Assembly: GCF_006345805.1 (NCBI RefSeq)
Contig: NC_043021.1
Span: forward strand, 24,738,001 to 24,802,000
Reading direction: 5' to 3'
From: Octopus sinensis
Lineage: Eukaryota
DNA: 64,000 nt
The position numbers and the translations under genes are program-made. Below the pieces are notes generated by a model. That model was given only the letters and a program-made list of their open reading frames with translations. It was not told the DNA's origin and searched no databases. Positions 49,481-61,600 of this stretch are shown here, piece after piece (the first letter of the stretch is position 1; each line of letters opens with the position of its first letter).

Positions 49481-49514
<34 letters not shown>

Positions 49515-49590
49515 GCAGGTCACTGCCTGGAATCGAACTCGGACTCTTGGGGTTAGTAGCCCGTGCTCTTAACCACTACGCCATATGCCC
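49340..49590 (-). mobile_element. tRNA-headed SINE-like element (family F) with internal (AAT)n and a hammerhead-like 3' motif
   Basis: Minus strand: taTGGCGTAGTGGttaagagc...GAGTTCGATTCCaggc, then (aat)n(aac)n, then gacacCTGATGAaggctg-gagggtatat-cagtgGAAAC. Confidence 0.7.
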
Positions 49591-49936
49591 ATGGACATGT
49601 TATTTTTCTGCCCTCACAGAAAAATAAGACTACTTTTTAGGCCACTGACAAAACAGTTGATTTTTTCAATATCTTGGGATCTCTCAGCAGCTGCATGCAC
49701 CCTTAACCCTTTGCCAGAGACCCTGCCTGGTTTTATGAGATAAATTTGCTTTAAAAGTGAGCTAAAACCCTTCCAGGAAAATTTCATGTTATGTTCCAAA
49801 CACCAGTTTAGCAAAGTTATTTTACAAGGTGGTCATCATTTTCAAAATTACAAAATGAACTGTGGCCATGTTGGGGCACTGCTTTAAAGGGTTTACAACA
49901 AATCAGTCCCAATATTCATTCTCTTACTTTTAAAAC

Positions 49937-50110
49937 ATCATCATCATCGTTTAACGTCCGCTCTACATGCTAGCATGGGTTGGACGGTTCGACTGGGGAT
50001 CTGGGAAGCCAGAAGGCTGCACCAGGCTCCGGTCTTAACTGGCAAAGTTTCTACAGCTGGATGCCCTTCCTAATGCCAACCACTCCGTGAGTGTAGTGGG
50101 TGCTTTTTAC
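49937..50110 (-). mobile_element. RTE-tailed family B 3' fragment
   Basis: catcatcatcatcgtttaacgtccgctctacatgctagcatgggttggacgg...ggatgcccttcctaatgccaaccactcc. Confidence 0.85.
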
Positions 50111-50789
50111 GGTTCTCATTTCATTGGTCTCTTGCCAGCTGCAGCTAAATTACAGTCATCATCATCATCGATGAAAGCAAACCAACATTGGTTGACAAGC
50201 AGTGGGGGGGGGATTGATACAAACATGCACACACACACAAATGTATATACAGACACACACATATTTCTGCGTGTATATATGTATGTATACATACACACAC
50301 AAACATATCTATGTGAATATATATATATATATATTTATATGTATATATATATATATACACACACACACACATAGAGATATATAAATCTATATGCACACAC
50401 ATATAATAAGCTTCCACACAGTTTCCGTCTACAAAATTCATCCACAAAGGATCTGAAATTGTTCTAGCATTCCCCCCTGCCATCTGATGTGAGGGCATTG
50501 AGAGGGATCAGATGAAAAGTCCTTAAGACTTCCTAAACAATATTCTTCATCAAACGACAGCTTAATTAGGAATGGGACTGGCCCCTAAGACACTGTGGAA
50601 ACCAAGTTTTGGGGGGTTTTTTTCATGGACCCAGAAACCCAAATGATGAAAGATTCAAAGATAATCAGTATCAATGAACATGAAGTGTTTCATTAAAGAA
50701 ACCAAGGCTAGCTCACCAAAAGCACAGGGTCCCACACTATTAGGGATTATCTCATATTTTGTATAACAGAAAAGCACAGCATCTTTATG

Positions 50790-51450
50790 TTTCTAATTTA
50801 AGCACAAAGCCAGCAATTGAGGGGAGGGGGGTTGATACCATCAACCTCTGTATTCGACCAGTATTTACCTTTTACTTCAGGCTCAATAAGACTAGGTTGA
50901 CCTAAGCCAAAAGACAGATTCAAGGCATCTTCCCAATGCTCGAACAATTCTGCCAGCTTGCCACGTTAATAATGATTTCTTATTTCGGCACAAGACCAGC
51001 AATTCTTGATGGGAAGGGGATAGTCAACACCAGATATATTTGACTGGGGTTATTTTATGAAACCTGCTAAGATTTGAACTCTGAAAACAAAAAGCAAGAA
51101 GAAATAATTCAAAACAATTCTTCCAATGTTTTAACGATTCCACCAACTTGCCACCCTATATAATAGTTCCAAATTATGGCACAAGGCCAGAAAGTTTAGG
51201 AGGAAGCAGCGCATCAAACCCGATACTCAACCAGTTTTTCATTTTAAAAACCAAAAGGATGAAAGGCAAAGTTGACCTTGGCAGGATTAATAATTCTTTC
51301 AAATTTTGGCACAAGGCCAGCAATTTTTTTTTGTGGTGGGGGTAGCTAAATACATCACACACCCCCACCAGGACATGACTGGTTTTTTATCTTATCAATC
51401 CCCGTAAAAATGGAAGGCAAAGTTGACCTCAACATGATTTGAGCTCAGAA
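50790..51450 (-). mobile_element. four head-to-tail degenerate SINE family E copies
   Basis: gcacaa(g/a)(g/a)ccag recurs at ~50802, 50987, 51178 and 51308, each followed by family-E body sequence. Confidence 0.7.
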
Positions 51451-52443
51451 TAATAACAAATCATTATGGTTAATATTTTTTAAGAGTAACTAAAACCCCA
51501 AAATTAATCTTTTCCTGCAGAGTCGAGACTATCAACTAAAACTGTTTGACAAACTGCACTAGGTATTGAAATTATTCAGGATGATAAGGAATGGATTAAT
51601 GCCACTACACAGTGATAAATATCAAAGTCAATCCCAGCAACACCTGAATTCAGAACAGTAAGACATTGGAAATTGAATATTGCAACATATCTTAATCCGG
51701 ATTACTATTAACTCTCACTGACTAACAATAATATCTTACATAAGCTAAAAAGAGAACCTCTGTGTGGCTGCTTGATGTGCTAGATATAGCAGCCAAAATA
51801 ATATTAATATAATTTAAGGCCATCTTAAAGACAAGCTATGAATAATAAATTTAAAAAATTAAAACATACAATAACAGTTTCAGGTATGGTTGTGTGGCTA
51901 GGAAGTTTGCTTCACACCAAAATGGCTTCAGGTTCAATCCCACTACATGACACCTTGGCCATGTTTCTACTGTAGCCCCAAGCCAAACAAAGCTTTGTGA
52001 GTACATCTGGTCAACAGAAATTGAAAGAAGCCTGCTGTGTGTGTGTGTGAGGGGGGGCTCCTTGTCTTGACATCATGTGATAGTTGTGAGTGAGTGTCAA
52101 TATGTGATGTTTGTTTCCAGCTTTCATTAGAAAATATGTCCAACTATATTTTGCTTAGAAACAGGTGAGGGTTAGTGATAGGAAAGGCATCCAACTATAA
52201 AACTCCATTCAACCCATGCAAGCAGACATTATAATGGTCATGGGGGTCTGGGACATATTTGATCAAGGATGACCATATGACCACGTTTGTTAGAAAGGGA
52301 TATACAGAGTCCAACTTCACGCCCAGCAGACAATCGGTCAGTATTTTAAATTCAGAAGAATAGAAAATTGACAACAACAATATTTGGACTAAAGATGAAG
52401 ACAGGTAAAGCTGAATCCAATCAGGAAGTCGCCCAGCCCTTAA

Positions 52444-52664
52444 CGCTTTAGCATTTAAACCGGTCATATCCGGCCCCAAATTTTCTACTTCTTTTATGTT
52501 TAAACCATCCGGATCTGGCTTCTCACTCATATCCTACAATGTCATCCTCAAAATAAAGCATCACATCATCAAATTCTCAGAGCTACAAGATAATGCAGGA
52601 TTAACTCAAAACAATGTGAATGAAAAAGCATTATATTTGACAGAGTAATCTGGACACTAAAGGG
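52444..52664. mobile_element. TTAA-flanked piggyBac-type MITE
   Basis: TTAA|cgctttagcattt ... cactaaaggg|TTAA. Confidence 0.85.
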
Positions 52665-52710
52665 TTAAACGTTTTTTTGTCACACATCTATGTTAAAAAA
52701 AAAATAAATA

Positions 52711-53126
52711 GGCACAGGAGTGGCTGTGTGGTAAGTAGCTTGCTAACCAACCACATGGTTCCGAGTTCAGTCCCACTGCGTGGCATCTTGGGCAAGTGTC
52801 TTCTGCTATAGCCCCGGGCTGACCAATGCCTTGTGAGTGGATTTGGTAGACAGAAACTGAAAGAAGCCTGTCGTATATATGTATATATATATAAGTGTGT
52901 GTGTATATGTTTATGTGTCTGTGTTTGTCCCCCTAGCATTGCTTGACAACCGATGCTGGTGTGTTTACGTCCCCGTCACTTAGCGGTTCGGCAAAAGAGA
53001 CCAATAGAATAAGTACTGGGCTTACAAAAGAATAAGTCCCGGGGTCGATTTGCTCGATTAAAGGCGGTGATCCAGCATGGCCACAGTCAAATGACTGAAA
53101 CAAGTAAAAGAGTAAAGAGTAAAAGG
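52711..53126 (+). mobile_element. SINE family A, full length
   Basis: ggcacaggagtggctgtgtgg...caagtaaaagagtaaagagtaaaag. Confidence 0.92.
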
Positions 53127-53992
53127 GTATATACACAAACATTTACCAGCATACATACATCCTTGAATACCTACACAAATATACAGATACACAATATGTA
53201 TTAATATAAACATGTCCATGGAATATATAGAGATGTACAGGTACATCATATAAACAAATGTTTATACAGCAAGCCTCAATACACAAGTTAATTCGTTCCT
53301 GGAGAACACTCGCAAAGCGAAAACTCATAAACAGAAAATAAAACTTGTAAAAGCTCAAACACCTGGGGTCTCATAAAGCGGGGTCCTCATAATGTGAGGT
53401 ATTACTGTACATACATATGGATATGTATGTAGATATATGTACACGTGTACAATTACACCAGTACCTCCATAACGCCTCCATATAACTGCATCTAGTTTGT
53501 CAGTTGCTTTGGTGATGTTCATAATGATTATAGACAATGCATTGGTTTACGTAGGGGGATAGCTATCTCCATGAAAAACTAGGAAACGTTTGACATCAAT
53601 AAGAATCTGATAATATTTGACTGTAATAAAGATTTTCCTCCATGTGCACATATATATGTATATATTTATACTTATGCAGGTAGCAAACTGCATCCTCTTG
53701 AAGCACATCTGTTTATTCCGTTATTACAATCAAGTATGTAGATGTTGTTGTAAGGTACATATTAGAGTTGAAAATTGTGGAAATATCGTTGGCAGAGTTA
53801 TTATATAACACAACAGGAAGTTGGAAATATTCTTTTGGTAATATTTATTCACCATTACACATGTTTCATTTGCTAATAGGAATTACAAAGTTTTGTACTA
53901 CAAGTATAATTTTGTAACTTATTAGCAAATGAAACGTGTAATGGCGAAAAAATAACAAAATATTTTCCAACTTCCTATTTTGTTTATAGATA

Positions 53993-54243
53993 GGCACAGG
54001 CACGACGACTGTGTGGTAAGAAGCTTGCCTCCCAACCACATGGTTCCAAGTTCAGTCCCACTGTGTGGCACCTTGGGCAAGTGTCTACTATAGCCTCAAA
54101 GCAACCAAAGCTTGGTGAGTGGATTTTGGAGACGGAAACTGAAAGAAGCTCATTATGGATATTCATATAATGTATTTGTGTGTGTGTGTCTTTGTGTACA
54201 TGTTTGTCCCTCTATCACCACTTGACAACCAGTGTTGGTGTGT
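53993..54243 (+). mobile_element. SINE family A, 3'-truncated
   Basis: ggcacagg...ggttccaagttcagtcccactgtgtggcaccttgggcaagtg...cttgacaaccagtgttggtg. Confidence 0.8.
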
Positions 54244-54984
54244 AAAATAAAAGTGTATACCTGTATATAACACAATCTTACAAGAGACTTCTTTAAAAAC
54301 CAAAGACTGGGAATTACCATTTTAGCATTTTTCAACAAGATCACTTTTCTCGTTAGAGCAGAAAAGCAATGATGCTGCCAAGGAATTTCTGAGGGTTTTA
54401 GCCTATACCAAACATAGAATGTCTTTTACTTCCTTTATCCAATACACCAAACAAGGTGTAGCTGAAACCACCCTAATTAAGACATCATGGGTCTAATTAG
54501 AAACGCAAAACATTCCCTCTATTGACAGAGCTTCACACAATTCCTACATCCTTCATGTTTTAGTTTCATTTCTTATACCCACTCCATGTCGGTCCTATAC
54601 ATGTGTGTCTGTGCGTCATTTGTTATTCATGTGATAATAAAAACAGTTTCACATTAAACTGAAGGATTACACAATACATTTGGTACAAATTCATTAATCT
54701 TTAACAAAAATAAGTATCGACAGTGACTTCAAAGTCTCAGTCACTTAAACCATCATTCGTGTCTGTATGTATGTATATCATTGTTAAACAAGAATGTTGC
54801 TGACAGTAACTTTGAAGTTTTGGCCAGTTAAGCGATGCATACATACACCAAATTAACAGGACGATGAAACAGTAAAATAACAGCATTAATAAAAATAATA
54901 AAGATGACCAAAGCAACGCATATTCTTGGCTAAATTAGGCAATCTACTGGGCATCTTTACTATTAGTGTCACTATTATTAAAAT

Positions 54985-55290
54985 GAGGATGCATGACCTA
55001 GTGGTCTTGGGTGTTGCACTCATGACTGTGAGATTGTGGTTTCAATTCCTAGACTGGGTGGTGCGTTGTGTTCTTGAGTAAAATACTTTGTGTCTTGTTG
55101 CTCTGCAATCACTCTGACACCTGATATGAGGTACACTGTGCACCTGCCCAGGCAACATCAATTAGATGGAAGCAGGTGAGCTAACGTACAGCACACACAT
55201 TCAATCTCCAAACACAAATCACCTGTGCAAGGCTTTCAGCAAAAGGTGGAAGCTCATTTGTCGTCTCCAACAGCAGGGAGTCCACCAGTA
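54985..55290 (+). mobile_element. tRNA-derived SINE, degenerate
   Basis: gcatgacctagtggtcttgggtgttgcactcatgactgtgagattgtggtttcaattcctagac...gtgttcttgagtaaaatac. Confidence 0.65.
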
Positions 55291-55549
55291 TCATAATATT
55301 GTCATTCGTTTTACCTCCAGGTAATGGCTTGCTATAACCATTCTAGTTGGTGCCTTTGTAAACTTTTGCCTATAAATATATGCACACACACATACATATA
55401 CACACACGCACACACAAGTGGACAAAAGTAGCACTCAATACAGATGGAATTGTATGAGTAACAGGTGGACTTGGCTCCTTGTGTTAAAGTTTCATGCAAA
55501 TGAAAGGGTATCCATCTCAGACATTCAGAAGTATATATCTATCTATCTA

Positions 55550-55586
<37 letters not shown>

Positions 55587-56845
55587 TTTATAGTACACAA
55601 GAAATAGGTGCAAGTATGCACTCGTATACAAACTACACACACACACACACACACACAATTCCCATGTGATATGAAAGAAACTAAACAAACACAAGTGACT
55701 ATTTAAAAAATAGAAATTACAATTGCTGTGATAGTGAATAGCTTGAGAAGGGCGTGGAGCTAGAAAATAATTGTTGGAAAAGGAATGTAAGTAGAAATGT
55801 TTGTGCAAGAACCCCCATCTTGATAAGACCATATCAGTATCCCAGAAAAACTCAAAAAATATTTGTCCTTTTACAAACTTACTACCATGAAGTAACTTTG
55901 GGTCTGCTTCTATGTATGGAAGGAGGGGGGAGAGTGAAGATAGAAGAATTCGAGAGCTTGGAAGAAATCTGTTCACTCTTTTTCAAGGCAATAACACACT
56001 TCACACACAACACTACATGAAAAAAAAAATAAAATAGAACTTTTATATAGTTTCTATGAAGCATTATCTATAGCCCCATCCACCCCCCTCACACCCCTGT
56101 GAACATCTCTGAACAAATAACCTGGAACCCAGCAGACTAAACGGAAACTGCCTTCCTCTGTCACTCTGTCGACATGCAATTGTTCCGACGCAGGTTATTT
56201 GTGATTGGTTCTTTCTTTTTTTTTTATTCCTTCCTTTTTGCCTACAAAAAGCATTCACAATTCTCAATCAGTGAAAATCCAATTAACAACACTCCCTCCT
56301 CTCCCCAATCTCAAATTTCTACTAAGATTCAATTCATACATATAAACTCATGTGTAGAAGCACTTTGTACAGAAAAGATTCACAACTTTAAGAAGCATTT
56401 TTCTATTTTCTTGTTTGAATTCTTTTTCTGATCAGTGATTTGTATTTATGTTCTTTAGTACTTACTAGAACAGTACTCATCAAAAATGACAGCTTATTTC
56501 TGCTGCCTGTCACCAAGTCTTAACCCTTTTGTTATCAAATTTCTATTGAATTGCACTGATTTTATTTCGATTAATTTTGAAAATAAGGAAAATTTGGTAA
56601 TTGGAACATAAAATTTTGAAGGAAGATTTTAAACTTTAGATAACTTCAAATAAGAAGTTTATAGCACAGACCCAAGAGGAGTCTTAGGCAGGTTTGTCCC
56701 AAAAGGGGGAGTATTTTTGCTTCAAGCCCTTAATCCATTTTCTTTTCACACACACACCCGTCTTTTACCTTTCTCAAAGCCTCCCCCCGCCTCTTCATTC
56801 CCAACAACTCCCCATCCCATCCAATAACAATTTCACAAGTCATAC

Positions 56846-56885
<40 letters not shown>

Positions 56886-57174
56886 ATCTATCTATCTATC
56901 CACACCTCTGTTATTCCATCACATTACATCTAACTCTCCCACCATCTCCCTCTCTTACACTATATCTTTCTTCCATCTTCCCTCTGCATTTCACTGCTTA
57001 CCTGGCTGTTTTTCTCCATCAATCTCTTACCCAACTACCTACCCCTCTACCTACCATTATACTTTTCCTTCCACCCTTTTAATGCAGTCCCTGCTTTCTC
57101 CTTCCAGCAGATGGCAACACCAACACATGGTTATAAATGTTAAGAATAGTTACGTAAGAAAAAGAACAGACCTG

Positions 57175-57577
57175 GGATCTTTTCGGTTTGAACGGCAGTT
57201 TTTAACAATTTCTAGGTAACTAAAACAATTTTAAACTTCGTATACTGGTAGAATGTGTTTATAAAACATCTTTTTCTCTTGGCTTTATTGAGAAAATTCT
57301 ATAATTTGTAAGATATTTGTTGTTTTTTTCTTCAATTTCAACCAATCAATGACGTCTATTGAGTTAAAAAGCATTCTGTGCCGTATGAATATGTCCCTCG
57401 TTTAAGAAACAGATTGGGTTTATTTACATTTGTGAAGAAAAAAATATACCCTTCTCCCACCCCTAACTAACCCTAAAAGAGATTGAAATGCAATAGATCG
57501 ATTCTAGGGTCATAATTATGGGTGACAATTTTATATGACACCGCTAGAAAAAACTGCCGTTCAAACCGAAATGATCC
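57175..57577. mobile_element. MITE with 29-bp TIRs and 8-bp TSD
   Basis: cagacctg|ggatcttttcggtttgaacggcagttttt ... aaaaactgccgttcaaaccgaaatgatcc|tagacctg. Confidence 0.85.
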
Positions 57578-58334
57578 TAGACCTGAGATGAATCGTGATT
57601 TTTATTTTCTCTTTTTAAGCAGTTCCCCGTCTTTAGCTTTAAAGTCTTCAGCTTGTAATAAACACCAGTAATTACTATAATGTAACAAGTAAACGTAGGT
57701 AGACAATTGCTGTTGGTCACCTGCTGCACAAGAGAGCTAACAGAAGACAGTTTTATCAAGTTCTGCTCTCAATTGGTGTTGTATTGATTATTTTTCCAAA
57801 AGATTCATTGCTGATTCCGTGTACTTTAGCCACGAGATCGCATCTTACTTAATGGCAAATCATAGTAAAACCAACTTCCAGGCAACACTACCAGTGTTAA
57901 GGCTGGACAACGAACTGTTAAATGCCGCCTATAAGCTAATGAAGAAGTTTCTACTGAGTCACTTGATGCTAGAAATAGCAACAGTCTTAGATATTGATGG
58001 ATATAAAGATAAAGCGTCCTTAACAAGATGAGACAGTCACGGTTAGGATGTCAGTCAAACTATGGAAAATTGCTGAAAACAGTCAAAGAAATTTAAATAT
58101 CTAGGCTAGTGCTGACATATATATCACTTCCTTTTAGAGGACATTTAATTAGTAATTTGCGTAAAAATTGCTCCACGGCAACAAACGTTCTGTGTGCCTT
58201 CGGGTCGTGTGACCTAGCTTTCCAACAAGCATTGATAATATAAGAAGCACCTGAATGAAAGGGGTAGAGGGGTTTGTAGAAGCGACTAAAATCTCTAAAG
58301 ACGATGCCCCAGCATCGCCGCAGTTCAGTAATCA

Positions 58335-58521
58335 ACATTTTGGCACAAGGCCAGCAATTTTAAGCAAGGTAGTGTGGTAAGTCGATTATATCGACTTCGG
58401 TATTTGACTGCTATTTTATCGATCCCGAAAGGATGAAAGGCAACGTTGAACTCGGTGGAATTTTAACACAGATCATCAAGAGCATTTTGTCCGACGCGCT
58501 AACGATTCTGCCAGTTCGCCT
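58335..58521 (-). mobile_element. SINE family E
   Basis: ttttggcacaaggccagcaatttt...gatcccgaaaggatgaaaggcaacgttgaactcgg...gctaacgattctgccagttcgcc. Confidence 0.8.
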
Positions 58522-61517
58522 TCAGAAAAACACAGCTATACATATTCTAAGAAAATCTAACCAAAGGGAATATTCCAAGAAAAAGACATTGAACAAAAAA
58601 TCAAGACCCTCTTACTTCCACAACACCATAGGCAAAATTACGAATTTATCTCGTATCTAAAACGTACCTAAAATCATTGCCATATGCTACATTTCCATCA
58701 CTAAAGTTCATTTTCTTTCATAAATGCCAAGCTTCAAGAACTCCGTAGCAAAACAACTAATGGAACAAGCACTTTCTTTAGTTCATCACTGACGTTATTG
58801 CTTTAAATACGCTGGGGGGAGGGGCAACAAACACGCACTTAGCGTTACATAACTAAAATCTCCCCCAACTATTTCTCCCCATAACTTTCTTTGAATTGCA
58901 GACTTTTTAGTGAAAATTTCCGGAAATATGTTCGAGAATATAGAGTACGATTATCTTCATGAAACTGAAAGAAAAATTCTCTGGGAAAATTTCATTGAAA
59001 AAAAATGTATTTTTAAGGAGATTAGGGGAAAAGAAAATCAGAGAAGGGGTACACATCTACAGCTACGCCCTGTATGTTATCCCAGGCATTGACCACATTA
59101 AAGGGTTTACCATATTAAATTAAGCAGATATATAACTGGTACTTTACTGGTCAGATGGAGATAGTCAAATATTTAATCCAAAACTTATCTGTCACTAGAA
59201 AAAAAAAAAAACCCATTACAGCAGCTACTCCCTTACAAATTTGTTCCAAAGTGGGATGTAACAGAGTAGATTAGCAAAAGCAAATAAGCATTCCTCAAAT
59301 GACGGGTTCAAACCTTGCCATGGTTGACTTTCTGTATTGTTCAATAAAGACATTTTAACAGAGATAAATATGATCTATAGGACTTTTAAACAGATACAGA
59401 ACTAGAATTAGGGGAGACGGTCGCACGGAATATATTGATTAAATAATGACCACAAGTAGGTGTTTGAGAGCAACTTCTAGGAAGACAGACGCAAACGAGT
59501 GAAAATGTAAGTTGGGGGGGCGAGAATAGCTGACAGCTTGTGAAATTAGGGGGCTTAGGATCGAATTTGATGTAAGTACTAAAAGAGGAACAGGTTGAAA
59601 GTTATGAAATTAAATATTGTTATTTAAATAACAAAAGGGTTGAAAGAAAGGAAGAGAAACTCAATAAGATTGGTCGAGGATTGGGGGCGGGGTACAGATT
59701 AATGTAAATAACAACTTCGAGGGGAAATTTGAAGAATATTGGAGTGCAGGGAGACAGAGAAAGAAAAACACTGGTTTCAAAATTAAAACATGTGTGTGTG
59801 TGTGTGTGTGTGTTTGGACATATTGCATAAAATATATGAATACAAACTCCTGTTTTACGATGGTCTTCTTTTTCATTCCATTTATATAATATACACAAAC
59901 AGTGACCAATACAGATTATATACACAGCCAATACACATCTACACCCACTCAGTAACATTGAGCAGAGAGGTTCATTCATTCGAAACACTATTCAATGTCA
60001 GTATTCGGTTTCTCGTGTCTATCACATTCATACCCACCCACACAAACAAACAAAGTGAATAAGAATATAACAGATGTTAAGCACCAAACACATTCAAGGC
60101 AGGAAGCGGTGTTTAAAAACACACACACACACACAGACTACGAAATATTTGTACGGCGAAGCAGGTATTAGTCATTGAGGATTGTAGTAAGTCGTTGAGT
60201 TCTTCTTTACTTGTAAGTACTCACACACACACACACACAGTGTAAATAAGGTCGGAAAGAATAGTTCGATCCGGCATCAACCAATAACGGTGGACATTTT
60301 CTCCCTCTGCGACCAATTTGTATGTTTTACAGAACTAATTAGTCTAACCACAAATATCTGGGTCGAAATTGTCGCATTCTTTCGATAGAAATATATTTGT
60401 CAATTGTTCTTAAGAGAGGACGAACCGTGTCGAAGCCGGCGGAATTTTGGAATAACAATCACTGCCTCATAAAGAAGAAAAAAAGACAAATAGAGTGGAT
60501 TTTATTTTCCCTTTCAAAGTGGGGGTTTTTTTCGGGGGTGGGGCAGTTATTCCTGGGTTTTTCTACAAGAATTACGAGTGAAGGAATTTTTTTTTCCAAA
60601 TATTTCATACCTTTTTGTTAAAATTTTTGCCAGTCAATTCTGAACCCTTTTCTTCGTGAGTTGCTTATAAGTTGTGTCAAAACATCGCCGAGAACCCTTC
60701 CCAAACCATTATCAAGTCCCTATTGGGGTACAATAGCAGGTGACTGACTAGGAACACAGCACAATAATGATGGAACGAGTTATACAACACATCCGTCATC
60801 GTGTCCGACACAAAGCGTAGACGAGATAGATAAATTATAGCCATGTCTGTGTGTTTGCGTTTCGTCAAACTGATTTCGTTTTTTACATAAACTCTGAATC
60901 TCTCCCAACATCTGACATGTTGAATGCAATTGACAAAACCTAATTTAAATGTCCAACATAACTTGGCAATAAAACATCTCGAAAACAAATTTTTAAAAGT
61001 ATATTTTACCTAGGAATCAATTCATTTGACCTTTCTAGTTTCAATAGTTTGAGATATCAAAATTACGAGGCAATCAAGTCCAGTGCCAAACCAATATGAA
61101 ATTGTGGGCTGTTTGAAAGAAGGGTGTGTGTCAGATGAGAGAATTTTAGACGTTGGAGGCGTCTAAAATGTCCATCGTTAGTTTTATTTGTAGCAGCCGT
61201 ATAAGGGACTGGGTGGCTGTGGTCTTTAGTGTCGGAACTGATACACACAAACATAAGGTGAAGGTAGTTGATCAGCGATGGATTCAATGGGTCAGTATAA
61301 AAGCAAGCAATATGTTGCGATCGGTTGAGCGTCGAACAAAATGCTTTGGAGTAGTTGTGGCCCTTTAAATTTCGTGTGATCAAATTTCATCGAAGTTATT
61401 CTTTTGGGATCAATAAAATAAAGTAACAGTCAAGTACTGGAGTCGATATTGATGCACTGTGCGCCTCTAAACGAGGGACGTGCGTGGGTTAGAAAAAACC
61501 AAATGCTAGAAAGAGTG

Positions 61518-61585
<68 letters not shown>

Positions 61586-61600
61586 TATATATATATATAA
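61518..61600. repeat. (TA)n microsatellite
   Basis: Direct reading. Confidence 0.95.

Noticed and set aside
57460-57476. Interstitial telomere
   Set aside because: Only about two degenerate CCCTAA units, inside a MITE.
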